In this document: positions 1-9,554 of the stretch, in pieces | Layout: every line of letters begins with the position of its first letter | Numbering within the stretch: the first letter of the stretch is position 1 | Source of the DNA: Treponemataceae bacterium | GTDB taxonomy: Bacteria; Spirochaetota; Spirochaetia; Treponematales; Rectinemataceae | Assembly: GCA_963677895.2 (NCBI GenBank) | Contig: CAXXGJ010000038.1 | Coordinates: 256,001-320,000, forward strand | Direction of reading: 5' to 3' | DNA: 64,000 nt | Program-made: the position numbers and the translations under genes | The notes under the pieces: model-generated | Databases searched by the model: none | The model's input: the letters and a program-made list of their open reading frames with translations, nothing else | What the model was told of the DNA's origin: nothing

Positions 1-531
1 CACATCGTCAAAGGTTATTTTCTTGCTTGGCTCGACGTAACGCTTGGCCCTGCTCTTGCCGAACTGGAATGCTTTATTGTTGCCCTGCATCTGCCTCATC
101 ATGATCCAGATAAGGAAGAAGCCGAAAAACCATGGCGCCAATTCAAATAGTATCTGCAGGGGGCTGGAGCTGCCGACGGCTCCCGACACCTTGACGTTCT
201 TGTCCTTGAGCTGCGCGAGCAGCTGGAGGTCAATGTAAGGAATCGATGTCCTGAACGCCACCTGCGTGCCGTCGGCGCTCCGCAGCGATCCTTCGATCTG
301 TTTCTGGTCCACGATCTGCACCGAATCCACTTCTCCCAGATCGAGATAGGAAAGAAAAGCGGAATAGGGAATTTCTTTCGAGGGCGACTTATCATTGAAA
401 AGGAAAAAAGTCGCGAAAAGCACCGTCAGGGAAAGGAAAACCGCTAGAGCAGCCTTGTTGGCCCTCGGGGGAATCCCCTTGGGCAGTTCGGGACGTTTGG
501 GGTTTTCGTCGTTCTTCTTATCGTCAAGCAT
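1..531 (-). CDS. ftsH: ATP-dependent zinc metalloprotease FtsH (N-terminal part, runs off the window)
   Basis: Manual translation from ATG 531: MLDDKKNDENPK...TM1...EIPYSAFLSYL...TM2...MRQMQGNNKAFQFGKSRAKRYVEPSKKITFDDV, a typical FtsH N-terminus. Lies directly after tilS. Not in the ORF track because it has no stop in the window. Confidence 0.93.
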   Translation of the reverse strand, partial: MLDDKKNDENPKRPELPKGIPPRANKAALAVFLSLTVLFATFFLFNDKSPSKEIPYSAFLSYLDLGEVDSVQIVDQKQIEGSLRSADGTQVAFRTSIPYIDLQLLAQLKDKNVKVSGAVGSSSPLQILFELAPWFFGFFLIWIMMRQMQGNNKAFQFGKSRAKRYVEPSKKITFDDV

Positions 532-536
532 CGAAA

Positions 537-1979
537 TTATGCTCCTTTTATCCTGATATAAAGCCTGCGGCCATTCTGCGGACCTGCATAGTTCCTGAAT
601 TTCTCGTTGTGCGAGTGAGCCGCTTCAAGCGAAGATGGAAGGACGGCCACAATCCCTTCCCTGTCCTCTATGACCGGAACGAGATTCCTGACCCCTTTGT
701 CCAGGCGCCAGGACTTCATTATATCGTCCAGTCGCTTTTCGCCTTCCACAGCCCTTATCACGTCTCCCGCTTTTCGAGAGCGCACTATCAATGGAAAAAC
801 GAAGGATCCTTCGATCAAGTATCCTCTGCGCTTTGCCTTCTCTCCACCGGAACCTTGGGTTTCGACTTCCGGGGCATCCCATTCTATGGTAATCTCGGTC
901 GGGCCGCAACGATAGATTCCCACCGAAGATATCACGAAAAAATACTTGTCTTCGCCATGAAAATCAAGCCCAGGCGTGATTTCCAGCCTTCCGTCACTGA
1001 TAAAAAGTCTCGCCCCGGGGACATCCGCCCCGGAAGCGCCCTGAACGATCGATTCGGATGCGGATCTCAACGCTTTCCAGGACAAGCGGCCTTCCCTGCC
1101 CAGAATTACCATGCACCGGGCAAGCATCCTTATCCTGATGGCAGCCGACGCCGATGAAAAAGCTTCAAGGTCGATCGAGGCTTTTTTCCCTTCCAGATCG
1201 ATATGGCATGCGTCGAGGGCCTTGCCTAGAACTTCATCCAGAACAAGCTTATCGTCGGCTAGTTTGATGGAAGTCCCGAGGAGCCCGTTTTTCCATCCGG
1301 GAAACTCGCGGTCAAGCGTCGGCATGATCGCGTGACGAATCCTGTTCCGCGTATAGCTGGCCGACGCGTTGGTGGAATCGGTGGAAACGGCGAGCTTTTC
1401 CGAAATGGCATATCGCTCGATGTCTTTCCTGGAAAGAGACAAAATCGGTCTTATAAGAAGAAGCCCGTCGCCTATATCGCGAAGAGGCTGGATTCCCCCG
1501 AGTCCGTCGATGCTCGATGCGCTGAGAAACCGGCTGATAAGGGTTTCCAGCTGATCATCGGCATTATGGGCAGTGCAGATCGCGCTCATTCCAAAGCGTT
1601 TAGCGCAACGCCTCAGGATTCCATACCTGACTTCGCGCGCCGCCGCTTCTATCCCGATTTTTTTCTTATCGGCTAATTTCCGAATCGCTCCCGGCTTTAC
1701 GGTCGCGATAGTGAGCGGAAGGTGAAGGCCGCGGCATGTTTCGCGGACAATTTCCCTCTCCCTTCGAAGTTCATCGGCCGGCCTTAAGTTATGCATGACG
1801 TGGACCGCGCGCAGGGAATTGAGGCCTCTTGAGGCAAGCGCGCAGAGCAAGGAGGCGGAATCGACCCCGCCTGAATACGCCACAACGAGTCCCTGGCCAA
1901 CAGTGTCCGGATGATCGGCAAAAAAGGTTTCAAGACAGCGGTCCATTGGTGAGAAACCAGTTTTTCTGCCCCCATTCAT
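537..1979 (-). CDS. tilS: tRNA(Ile)-lysidine synthetase
   Basis: PP-loop VAYSGGVDS, EAAAREVRY, AHNADDQLET, RNRIRH; conserved tilS-ftsH linkage. Confidence 0.95.
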   Translation of the reverse strand: MNGGRKTGFSPMDRCLETFFADHPDTVGQGLVVAYSGGVDSASLLCALASRGLNSLRAVHVMHNLRPADELRREREIVRETCRGLHLPLTIATVKPGAIRKLADKKKIGIEAAAREVRYGILRRCAKRFGMSAICTAHNADDQLETLISRFLSASSIDGLGGIQPLRDIGDGLLLIRPILSLSRKDIERYAISEKLAVSTDSTNASASYTRNRIRHAIMPTLDREFPGWKNGLLGTSIKLADDKLVLDEVLGKALDACHIDLEGKKASIDLEAFSSASAAIRIRMLARCMVILGREGRLSWKALRSASESIVQGASGADVPGARLFISDGRLEITPGLDFHGEDKYFFVISSVGIYRCGPTEITIEWDAPEVETQGSGGEKAKRRGYLIEGSFVFPLIVRSRKAGDVIRAVEGEKRLDDIMKSWRLDKGVRNLVPVIEDREGIVAVLPSSLEAAHSHNEKFRNYAGPQNGRRLYIRIKGA

Positions 1980-2036
1980 CTATGTAGACCCCGGGATTCG
2001 TTCATTTTCCTTCCGCGTTTCGTCAGGCTGCCTCAT

Positions 2037-2072
2037 AAAAAAAACAGTTTTGCGGGAATTCCCGCAAAACTG
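2037..2072 (-). terminator. Intrinsic terminator after rplY
   Basis: Perfect 28-bp palindrome CAGTTTTGCGGGAATTCCCGCAAAACTG (2045-2072) followed by T8 on the minus strand. Confidence 0.85.
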
Positions 2073-2100
2073 CAATGTTCTTCGCGAAAACAGTCCCGAA

Positions 2101-2772
2101 TTAAGCCTTCGCCTTCGCCTCCGGAGCGGCGGCAGCGGTTGCGGCGGCTTCCGGAGCGGCCGCGGCGGCTTCGCCCGCGACGGCTTCGACAGCGGCTTCG
2201 GCCGGCTTCTCTTCCACTTCCTCGCGCGCGTACTTGACGATGGCGATCACCTGGTCGGGGCTCGTAAGCACCTTCACCTCGGGCGACAGGGTCAAATCGC
2301 GGACATGGAAAGCGTGGTTGACGCCCAGACCGGAAACGTCGATTTCAATTCTCTCGGGCAGTACGGAGGGATCGCACTCGACTTCGATATCGTGAGCCGG
2401 ATTCTCCAGGATGCCGCCTTCGACAACGCCGATAGGCGTTCCCTTGAGAATCAGCCTGACGCGAGCATGCAGCTTCTTGCCTTCCTGCACTTCGAGGAAA
2501 TCGATGTGAAGCACATACTTCTCGACCGCGTGGCGCTGGTGATCCTTCACGAAAGCGTTGATTTTCCTGCCTTCGATATCGAGGGTGATGATCGTACTTT
2601 CGGTGATGCTCTTCAGGGCTTTTTCGTATTCCTTAGCATTGACCAGCAGGTTGCTGGCAGACTTGCCGCCGCCGTATACGACAGCGGGAATCTTGCCGTC
2701 AATCCTATATTGATTGAGCTGTCCCTTCGTCGATTTTTCTCTATTGAATGCCTGAATCACAAAGTGTTCCAT
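2101..2772 (-). CDS. rplY: 50S ribosomal protein L25 (Ctc/TL5 long form)
   Basis: GKIPAVVYGG, HIDF, GV..GGIL motifs; Ala/Glu-rich tail. Start set at ATG 2772, downstream of AAGGAG. Confidence 0.95.
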   Translation of the reverse strand: MEHFVIQAFNREKSTKGQLNQYRIDGKIPAVVYGGGKSASNLLVNAKEYEKALKSITESTIITLDIEGRKINAFVKDHQRHAVEKYVLHIDFLEVQEGKKLHARVRLILKGTPIGVVEGGILENPAHDIEVECDPSVLPERIEIDVSGLGVNHAFHVRDLTLSPEVKVLTSPDQVIAIVKYAREEVEEKPAEAAVEAVAGEAAAAAPEAAATAAAAPEAKAKA

Positions 2773-2811
2773 ACTGAATCTCTCCTTACGCATTTGGCTT
2801 TTTAAGCCGTA

Positions 2812-2883
2812 CTGGGACGGCAGGATTCGAACCTGCGAATACCGGGACCAAAACCCGGGGGCTTACCGCTTGCCGACGTCCCA
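2812..2883 (-). tRNA. tRNA-Gln (TTG), CCA not encoded
   Basis: Minus strand TGGGACG...CCGGG-TT-TTG-GT-CCCGG...GCAGGTTCGAATCCTGC-CGTCCCA-G folds as a cloverleaf. Confidence 0.96.
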
Positions 2884-2923
2884 AATTGTGAGTATCTGTC
2901 CAGCGCTCGGTGCTGCTGCTAGA

Positions 2924-3208
2924 TCAGTCGAATTCCGGGACTGTCGCGTCGGTTCCAGCGCTTGAAGCGTAGGCCGCGAGTATTCGCTCCTGAAGGCGCG
3001 TTCTGAAATCCGGACATATCGGGTGAGCGATATCCTTGTACTCCCCCGTGTTCGTCCTTCTGCTGGGCATCGCGATGAAGACTCCGTTCTTCCCCTCGAT
3101 TATCTTCACATTGTGCACCACGAAGCATTCATCAAAGGTGACGGTTACATACGCCTTCAACTTCCCCTCAGTCGGAACTTTGCGGATTCGGATGTCCGTA
3201 ATTTCCAT
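2924..3208 (-). CDS. spoVG: SpoVG family nucleic-acid-binding regulator
   Basis: MEITDIRIR...[24 protein letters not shown]...FIAMPSRR...YKDIAHPI. Confidence 0.96.
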   Translation of the reverse strand: MEITDIRIRKVPTEGKLKAYVTVTFDECFVVHNVKIIEGKNGVFIAMPSRRTNTGEYKDIAHPICPDFRTRLQERILAAYASSAGTDATVPEFD

Positions 3209-3251
3209 AGTAAGGACGCTCCTTTTGTGTACGCAGTTACATATATGGATT

Positions 3252-4187
3252 TTAGCCTAGATACAGACTTGTTTCAAGCGGTTTTATTGCATGCAACCCC
3301 ATGCCGTATAAGGTATTTTCAGCATTTCCATCGTCGGCTCCGGACTTCAGCTTCGCTTCCGCGAGATGCGCGTCCCGCATCGACCCGAACACTCCGTACA
3401 TGCAGGAACCCGATCCCGTTATGGAAACATGAAGCGCCCCCGCTTTCCTGAGCATCTTTTCAAGATCGGCATAGACGGGGAAATTATGGTACAGCATCTT
3501 CCTGAAGGAATTATCGAACTTCCACGCTTCGAGCGGGCCCCTGTAGGCGGACAAAAGTTCGTCTTTACGGATATCGAGGCTCTCCGGGGCGTCTTCCGCA
3601 TAGGGGGAAGCTCTGTCGCCGCGTCGTAATGAATCCAGCTCCGCAAAAGCCCACTTGGTCGACACGCCGAAACCCGGATGGATGAGCAGGATGGCGAAAT
3701 CGCTTCGGGGCGCGATAGGTTCGATGATATCGCCGATACCTGAGACCATGGCCGCGCCGCCTGAAAGAAAGAAAGGGACGTCAGCGCCAATGCGAGCCCC
3801 CATTTCGCGCAATTCGGAGGAGGTAAGTCGAGACCCATATAGCCTATCGAGAGCTACCAGCGCCGCCGCGGCGTCGGCCGATCCTCCTCCCAGGCCGGCT
3901 TTCGCGGGAATGCCTTTTTCCACGACAGCCTTGAATCCCCCCGATATTCCGAACCGCTTCCTGAATAGATCGGCCGCTTTATAGACCGTCGTGTCCTCGG
4001 GGCGGCAATCGAATGCGCCTTCGACGCTGATGCCCCCGGCTTCCCGCCTGGAAAAGACTATTTTATCAGATATGCCCACCGAATGGAAAATGCCGAGGAT
4101 AGGATGATAACCGTCCGGACGGGGTTTCCCGATCTCAAGCCCGATATTGATCTTCGCGAAGGCTTCGATCGCGATTTCACGCTTCAT
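3252..4187 (-). CDS. ispE: 4-diphosphocytidyl-2-C-methyl-D-erythritol kinase
   Basis: [37 protein letters not shown] (GHMP kinase motifs). Confidence 0.95.
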   Translation of the reverse strand: MKREIAIEAFAKINIGLEIGKPRPDGYHPILGIFHSVGISDKIVFSRREAGGISVEGAFDCRPEDTTVYKAADLFRKRFGISGGFKAVVEKGIPAKAGLGGGSADAAAALVALDRLYGSRLTSSELREMGARIGADVPFFLSGGAAMVSGIGDIIEPIAPRSDFAILLIHPGFGVSTKWAFAELDSLRRGDRASPYAEDAPESLDIRKDELLSAYRGPLEAWKFDNSFRKMLYHNFPVYADLEKMLRKAGALHVSITGSGSCMYGVFGSMRDAHLAEAKLKSGADDGNAENTLYGMGLHAIKPLETSLYLG

Positions 4188-4195
4188 GGACTAAG

Positions 4196-4224
4196 AATCT
4201 AGTATCAAAGAGGCTCTATGTCAA
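4196..4224 (-). promoter_or_regulatory. Sigma70-type promoter of ispE (probably leaderless)
   Basis: TTGACA-17 nt-TAGATT, then 8 nt to the ATG. Confidence 0.7.
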
Positions 4225-4283
4225 AGATTTTTTCTCCTTTACCCCATCTTGTTCTTTTTTTGCCCGAAAACACGTTTTTCCAG

Positions 4284-4368
4284 TTGACAGATTCCAATAT
4301 GCTCTTTAGATTTTCGTTGCCAGATGAAATAAATGGGGCTTGACGCGCCCGCTTAATGTAAGCATAGT
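4284..4368 (+). promoter_or_regulatory. Two tandem sigma70-type promoters upstream of the acidic protein gene
   Basis: TTGACA-17-TAGATT starting at 4284 and TTGACG-17-CATAGT starting at 4340. Confidence 0.55.
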
Positions 4369-4416
4369 ACGCAGGCTTTGAGACTTTTCGATGGTAAGGT
4401 GAGGGAGGAAACTGCG

Positions 4417-4752
4417 ATGACCCCCATTTATAGCGCATTTGCATCGACTGAATCGGAATATGAACTTGTTACGATAGCCGGAGAAGGCTCTATAGAAAAC
4501 GCGGGTTTTGTGCTCCGTTCCCCGGTTCATTTCGATGACAGCTATGACGCCGACTATGAGGATTTCGACGAGGAAGAGGATGATATGAGCGACGACGAAG
4601 ACGAGTTCGATGATGACGACGATTTTGACGACGAAGACGATGATTTCGACGATGACGACGACTTCGACGATGAAGACGATGATTTCGACGATGACGACGA
4701 TGACGAGTTCGGCTACGACGATGACGTGGAGTATGACGATCTCGACGAGTAA
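4417..4752 (+). CDS. Hypothetical extremely acidic (Asp/Glu-rich) protein, 111 aa
   Basis: GGAGG upstream of ATG 4417; own promoters and terminator; 54 of the last 72 residues are D/E; repeat copies differ at synonymous positions. Confidence 0.8.
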   Translation: MTPIYSAFASTESEYELVTIAGEGSIENAGFVLRSPVHFDDSYDADYEDFDEEEDDMSDDEDEFDDDDDFDDEDDDFDDDDDFDDEDDDFDDDDDDEFGYDDDVEYDDLDE

Positions 4753-4773
4753 AGCGCCGTAACGCTTGAAACG

Positions 4774-4817
4774 AAAAAAGGCTGTCCGCGATGTTTCATC
4801 GCCGGACAGCCTTTTTT
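4774..4817. terminator. Bidirectional intrinsic terminator between the acidic protein gene and rsfS
   Basis: AAAAAAGGCTGTCCG...CGGACAGCCTTTTTT. Confidence 0.88.
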
Positions 4818-4839
4818 ATGCCATGAAGACCTTATGCGG

Positions 4840-5220
4840 TTATTCCTCCGCCGTTTCCTGCCTGCCGGGAGACGCTTCGATCTTGAAGACCTTTGCCTTG
4901 AACCAAAGCTTTTCCAGTTCGTAGAAAGTACGCGCTTCCTGACTCATTATGTGAACGATCACATCCCCCAAGTCATGGAGAAGCCAGCTTTCATCCTCCG
5001 TGGCCACGGGTTTGTTGAGCGGCTTTTGCTTATCCTCCGTGAGATAAGCGTCCACGAAGCGTGACAGGCCGCGCAGGTGGGTAATCGAAGTGCTGGTGCC
5101 GATGACGAAATAATCCGTCCATCCGGCGATCCCCGTCAGATCCATCACAACCACATCGCCGGCTTTATGCTCGGCGAGAATGGACGCAATATTGAATGCA
5201 AGCGATTTACTATCGGACAC
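4840..5220 (-). CDS. rsfS: Ribosome silencing factor RsfS (Iojap)
   Basis: TDYFVIGT and WLLHDLGDVIVHIM...RTFYELEKLW; GTG start after GGAGG. Confidence 0.93.
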   Translation of the reverse strand: MSDSKSLAFNIASILAEHKAGDVVVMDLTGIAGWTDYFVIGTSTSITHLRGLSRFVDAYLTEDKQKPLNKPVATEDESWLLHDLGDVIVHIMSQEARTFYELEKLWFKAKVFKIEASPGRQETAEE

Positions 5221-6385
5221 AAATCCTCCCATTGAAATCATTCCCCAGAATTATCGTATAATCGGCCTTTATTTTTCCGGTATACTCGGCCGCTTCGGAG
5301 AAATTCGAACATTTTATGACGCCGGCGATTGAAGACAAGGCTTCCTTGTCGCCAAAACGATCGATCAGGACAGTCTTCGCGTAATCCAGGTTTGCGGCGT
5401 TGCCGACGGCAACGACATCGTAGCCGAAGCTGCCGAATATTTCGGCGGTTCGGGCGGCAAGCCCCCTCTCCGTCGTGCCGTTCAAGATTTCCACCGTATA
5501 TATCTTGCTGCTCGATGACGCGACATTTGAGGCGTTCATGGCATTGAGCGTCTGCTTAAGCATGTCGCGGGCCAGTTCTCCGTCGTAGAAAGGAAAGAAA
5601 AGGCTCTGCCCCTCCACGTTCCTGTATATGCCGGTGATTTTCTGCAGGAGAATGGAATCGGCGTCCAGCTTGGCTATCTCCCGGACCAGCATCTTTTTGG
5701 CCTCGGCGTTGAAATTGCTGTCCATGGCCGCGGCGAGGGTCGCCGACGCCCTTTTATCGTCAAAATATTTGGACTTGTCGGAGAGCTTTTTCAGCAAAGC
5801 TATGGACAGTTTTTGCCTCCGCACGAGAGTATCGCCCTCGCTCTCGTTCTCTTCCTTATAGCGAAGGTACTGCAATACCTTATCGCCGTCGAGGTTCACC
5901 GCGCCGCCGGGGAGCATCACTCCCGCCTCGCCTTCCTGGATGATCATGGACGGTATGAAAAGCTGGAGTCCGTCGAGGAGGTCCACGACGGTGCTGAGGC
6001 TTTTCTCGTTGAAAAGAAGATAGCCGTTCAATGGAATATCGAGGTAGCTCGAAACCTCGGTCAGGAAATTCTTGGGGCTGCCCGCTTTGTATATATAGTC
6101 GATCCTGTCCATGCGCTTGATGGTCTTGAGGATGACGGCCGTATTGGCCGGTATGTCGAGGAGGGCCGCCTTGGATTTGGATGCGTAGAACATCAGAAGC
6201 TGCGTCGAAACCGGCTTATTTCCCTGCTCGAAAATGAGGAGTATATTGATAGGCCTGTCGGTTTTCAGCTGCATCGAAAGACTCTCCGCCCTCAGCGCCA
6301 CGGCGCCGACTATGACAGCGGACGCGAAAAGCGCTAGAATCACCCATAGAAGAATATGGCTTTTATTGAATCGTATCTTTCTCAT
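5210..6385 (-). CDS. LCP (LytR-CpsA-Psr) family protein with C-terminal LytR_C domain
   Basis: N-terminal TM helix; DIP...VDLLDG...LDGDKVLQYLRY...RRQ; C-terminal VEILNGT..GLAARTA...VGNA...DYTIILGND. Start could be at 6397. Confidence 0.85.
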   Translation of the reverse strand: MRKIRFNKSHILLWVILALFASAVIVGAVALRAESLSMQLKTDRPINILLIFEQGNKPVSTQLLMFYASKSKAALLDIPANTAVILKTIKRMDRIDYIYKAGSPKNFLTEVSSYLDIPLNGYLLFNEKSLSTVVDLLDGLQLFIPSMIIQEGEAGVMLPGGAVNLDGDKVLQYLRYKEENESEGDTLVRRQKLSIALLKKLSDKSKYFDDKRASATLAAAMDSNFNAEAKKMLVREIAKLDADSILLQKITGIYRNVEGQSLFFPFYDGELARDMLKQTLNAMNASNVASSSSKIYTVEILNGTTERGLAARTAEIFGSFGYDVVAVGNAANLDYAKTVLIDRFGDKEALSSIAGVIKCSNFSEAAEYTGKIKADYTIILGNDFNGRICVR

Positions 6386-6386
6386 T

Positions 6387-7010
6387 TCAATTATCACTCA
6401 TCGTGAGGGCATTGTATAAGTCGAGAGTGCTTTGGGCAATAGCGTGGTCCTTTTTCCTGAGCCAGCCCATGCTCAAGTTCAACGCGTAAAGAAGAAGGGC
6501 GTCCAGGTCAAGGATGTCGACCTGCGACAATTCCGCCTGCGTTATATAAACGCGCCGCGGCTCCATCTTGTCCGCTACGAACAGTATTTTGGCAAGCGCT
6601 GACATGGAAGCGGAGGCCGACGAATGGAGGGCCACGGCTTCAAGCATGTCATGATCCCGAAGTTCGCACTCGCGACGCAGGAAGACCGCGGCAGCGGGGC
6701 CATGGATGATCTTGTCGGCGAAGGATTTTTCCGCGTCCATGCGGCTGACGACGGAAGCGATAAAGTCGAGGCCAGGTTCGGAAGCGGCCTCCCCGGCCAG
6801 CTCCCACTGGAATTCCACGGGTTTGTCCTTCATGAGGTCGTGGGCGAGACCGGCGACGTAGCCATCCTCGGGATCCAACCCAAACCGGACGCATAGTCTG
6901 GAAGCCATCGTCGCCACCGACAGCGAATGCTCGATCCGCGAGGGCTTGCAGAAACCGTTCAAATAGCCGCGGACGAGAGGTTCAAGACTTCTGGAGTCCA
7001 TATAGTCCAT
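6387..7010 (-). CDS. yqeK: HD-domain protein YqeK (symmetrical Ap4A hydrolase family)
   Basis: RIEHSLSVA, AGLAHDLMK, HGPAAA, ILFVADKMEP; located between nadD and rsfS; GAGGAG before ATG 7010. Confidence 0.88.
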   Translation of the reverse strand: MDYMDSRSLEPLVRGYLNGFCKPSRIEHSLSVATMASRLCVRFGLDPEDGYVAGLAHDLMKDKPVEFQWELAGEAASEPGLDFIASVVSRMDAEKSFADKIIHGPAAAVFLRRECELRDHDMLEAVALHSSASASMSALAKILFVADKMEPRRVYITQAELSQVDILDLDALLLYALNLSMGWLRKKDHAIAQSTLDLYNALTMSDN

Positions 7011-7560
7011 GCTCCTCGATGATTTTTCGCGCGGCTTCGGGCACCAGGTAGCGCCAGGCTTTTCTTTGGGCGATTTTTTCCCTGACAATCGTGGACGACA
7101 CGGGGAATATAGCGTTGTCGATATAAAGATGGGGATGGTTCATGGGGAGTCTGCTGTCGGAAAGCCGGTGCACGACGATCAGGGAACTCTCGCGCAGGAT
7201 GGCATCCGCTTCCTTCCAGCCGTCAAAGCCCGCTATGAGATCGTCGCCCATGATGAGGCTGGGTTTGGCTTCGACGAGACCATTGCCGACAAGATAGCGG
7301 ATGGTATCTATACTGTAGGAAACTCCCGATCTGCGGATTTCGCAGTCGCTGACGCTGAACCTTGGATTGCCTTGTATGCTCTTCTTCAGCATCTCCAACC
7401 GAAGAGCTGGACCGGGGTCATCTATGCTCTTGTGGGGAGGGTTATTGGCGGGTATGAAGAGTATCGTATCGCAGTCGGTTTGAGCGAGCACTTCTTCGGC
7501 GATGACAAGATGGCCGATATGAACAGGATTGAATGTCCCACCGAAGATGGCGGTTTTCAC
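6982..7560 (-). CDS. nadD: Nicotinate-nucleotide adenylyltransferase
   Basis: FGGTFNPVHIGH, PPHK, SYSIDT, VSSTIVRE. Confidence 0.95.
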   Translation of the reverse strand: MKTAIFGGTFNPVHIGHLVIAEEVLAQTDCDTILFIPANNPPHKSIDDPGPALRLEMLKKSIQGNPRFSVSDCEIRRSGVSYSIDTIRYLVGNGLVEAKPSLIMGDDLIAGFDGWKEADAILRESSLIVVHRLSDSRLPMNHPHLYIDNAIFPVSSTIVREKIAQRKAWRYLVPEAARKIIEEHGLYGLQKS

Positions 7561-8717
7561 TTGAGCTGATCCTCTCCCGCCCTGTCATCGACAATTGCAT
7601 CGTCGCCGATAGCGCTTGTTCCGCTGTCGAAAGTGTCCATATCGAAAGCGCTCGTATCGAAAAATCCGCCGGTCATCCCGTTCGCCTTTTCCTTTTCACT
7701 GGCTTTCTCGTAATCGACAACCTGCCGGAAAAGGGCTTCCTTGAGCTCATCCAAGCCCTCGGTGCTGAAAACGGAAATTCCGAAGACGGTCTCGCCGGGG
7801 AATTGGGCCGCGAATTCCGGGAAACGCTCCTTAGCCTCTGGCAGGTCGAGTTTCGTCCCTATGATGATTCTGGACTTCTGAGCCAGCACCGGCGAAAACG
7901 ACTGCAGCTCGCTTTTGAGGACGGTGAAGGCGCTTTCCCAGTTTTCATCGGAGAGATCCACCAGGAAGGCGAGGCAGGCCGTGCGCGCGATGTGCTTCAG
8001 GAACCGTATTCCCAGTCCGGCGCCATCGTGCGCGCCCTCTATGATGCCGGGAATGTCGGCGAGGATTATGTCGCGGTCATGGAGGCTCAGCACCCCCAGG
8101 TTTGGAATCTTCGTCGTGAAAGGATAGGGAGCGATTTTGGGTCGCGCGTTCGTAAAAGCATCCAGAAGGCTCGATTTTCCGGCGTTCGGAAAACCTACCA
8201 AGCCTACATCCGCGATGAGGCTCAACTCTATCTTGAGTTTCCTCTCATGCCCCGGCTGTCCCGGCATCGAAATTTTCGGAGCCTGGTTCACGGAATTCTT
8301 GAAATGCGTGTTGCCCCACCCGCCCTTTCCGCCCTTGAGAAAAATCCAGCTTTCGCCTTCTTTCACGCTTCGGCCGCCGGACGTGGAACCGAAATCCTTG
8401 ATGATTTCGTCCGTTTCGGCGTCTTTGACGACAGTCCCCGGAGGTACCGGAATGACTATATCCTCGCCGTCCTTGCCATGCATATTCCTGCCCATGCCCG
8501 GGATGCCGTTCTGGGCCTTGAAAGTCTGTCTGAAGCGCAGGAAGGAAAGGGTTCTGACATTGCTTTTGACGAGGAAGATGACGTCGCCGCCCTTCCCGCC
8601 GTCGCCGCCGGAAGGACCACCCATGGGTATGTACTTTTCGCGCCGGAACGCTACGCAGCCATCGCCGCCTTTTCCCGATGCGACGGTAATCGTCGCCTCA
8701 TCCGCGAATTTTATCAC
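7557..8717 (-). CDS. obg: GTPase Obg/CgtA
   Basis: FADEATITVASGKGGDG...FRREKY, GFPNAGKSS, YPFTT, DIPG, TKLD. Start set at GTG 8717, not the ORF-track 9071. Confidence 0.96.
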   Translation of the reverse strand: MIKFADEATITVASGKGGDGCVAFRREKYIPMGGPSGGDGGKGGDVIFLVKSNVRTLSFLRFRQTFKAQNGIPGMGRNMHGKDGEDIVIPVPPGTVVKDAETDEIIKDFGSTSGGRSVKEGESWIFLKGGKGGWGNTHFKNSVNQAPKISMPGQPGHERKLKIELSLIADVGLVGFPNAGKSSLLDAFTNARPKIAPYPFTTKIPNLGVLSLHDRDIILADIPGIIEGAHDGAGLGIRFLKHIARTACLAFLVDLSDENWESAFTVLKSELQSFSPVLAQKSRIIIGTKLDLPEAKERFPEFAAQFPGETVFGISVFSTEGLDELKEALFRQVVDYEKASEKEKANGMTGGFFDTSAFDMDTFDSGTSAIGDDAIVDDRAGEDQLK

Positions 8718-8770
8718 AAGTGACTCCGTTAAGAGAAAAATACCAATTCGTATGCCATGTGGCAAGACGC

Positions 8771-8799
8771 AAAAAGAGCCGCCCGACATCGAGCGGCTC
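8771..8799 (-). terminator. Terminator-like hairpin between rpmA and obg
   Basis: Minus strand GAGCCGCTCG-ATGT-CGGGCGGCTC-TTTTT. Confidence 0.65.
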
Positions 8800-8844
8800 C
8801 TGGCCATGCCGCGGAACGCGGCACGGAAATATTCCGTATTCGAA

Positions 8845-9090
8845 TTATTCAGCCGGGAAAGGCTCGACTTGAGCGAATTTCTTACCCTTGACTTCCCTGA
8901 AGGAAACCATTCCGTCGACGAGGGCGAAAAGCGTATCGTCCTTGCCGATTCCGACGTTGAGTCCCGGATTGATCTTGCTGCCCCGCTGCCTGACGATGAT
9001 GGAACCGGCGAGAACCGCCTCGTTCGCAAACTTCTTAACGCCAAGATGCTGAGGATTCGAGTCGCGACCATTTACACCCTTGTGTGGCAT
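8845..9090 (-). CDS. rpmA: 50S ribosomal protein L27
   Basis: [14 protein letters not shown]...GSIIVRQRG...[13 protein letters not shown]. Confidence 0.97.
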   Translation of the reverse strand: MPHKGVNGRDSNPQHLGVKKFANEAVLAGSIIVRQRGSKINPGLNVGIGKDDTLFALVDGMVSFREVKGKKFAQVEPFPAE

Positions 9091-9117
9091 GATATTCTCC
9101 CCTATGCTTTTGGCGCG

Positions 9118-9432
9118 TCAGGCGCCGACGATTTCCTGAACCTTGAGTACCGTGTAGCGCTGCCTGTGTCCCTGCGTTCGCCTGTAGTCTTTCTTGGGCT
9201 TGTACTTGAACACGATGACTTTGTCGGCCTTTATCTCCGCGTCGATGACTGCCTTCACGCTGGCGCCTTCGACATAGGGACTGCCGATTTTCACTCCGGC
9301 TTCACCGGAGAGCAGAAGAACCTTGTCGAACGAAACGTTCGAGCCCGCTTCTTCGTCGATCCTGTCTACCGTCAGGGCCTTGCCTTGTTCGGCGCGATAT
9401 TGTTTTCCGTTAATTTCTACAACTGCATACAT
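9118..9432 (-). CDS. rplU: 50S ribosomal protein L21
   Basis: MYAVVEINGKQY...KVIVFKYKPKKDYRRTQGHRQRYT. Confidence 0.97.
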   Translation of the reverse strand: MYAVVEINGKQYRAEQGKALTVDRIDEEAGSNVSFDKVLLLSGEAGVKIGSPYVEGASVKAVIDAEIKADKVIVFKYKPKKDYRRTQGHRQRYTVLKVQEIVGA

Positions 9433-9554
9433 CTTTGCTATCCTCGTCAAAAATCCATACGTAGCGCAGTTTTATACACCGCGCGGGCCCAGGATGTCAA
9501 CCCATGGGCAGATTAATGTTAAGTGGAATCTACGCTTATGGCCTTTCTTCCCTC

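Noticed and set aside
4560..4750. GAC/GAT-rich repeats as a CRISPR array or non-coding satellite
   Set aside because: No repeat-spacer structure and no cas genes; the pattern is explained by Asp codons.
8718..9071. N-terminal extension of Obg overlapping rpmA in the ORF track (possible L27-Obg frameshift fusion)
   Set aside because: Obg homology starts at GTG 8717 with its own GGAG, a terminator-like hairpin intervenes, and I saw no slippery site. Most likely a chance open frame.
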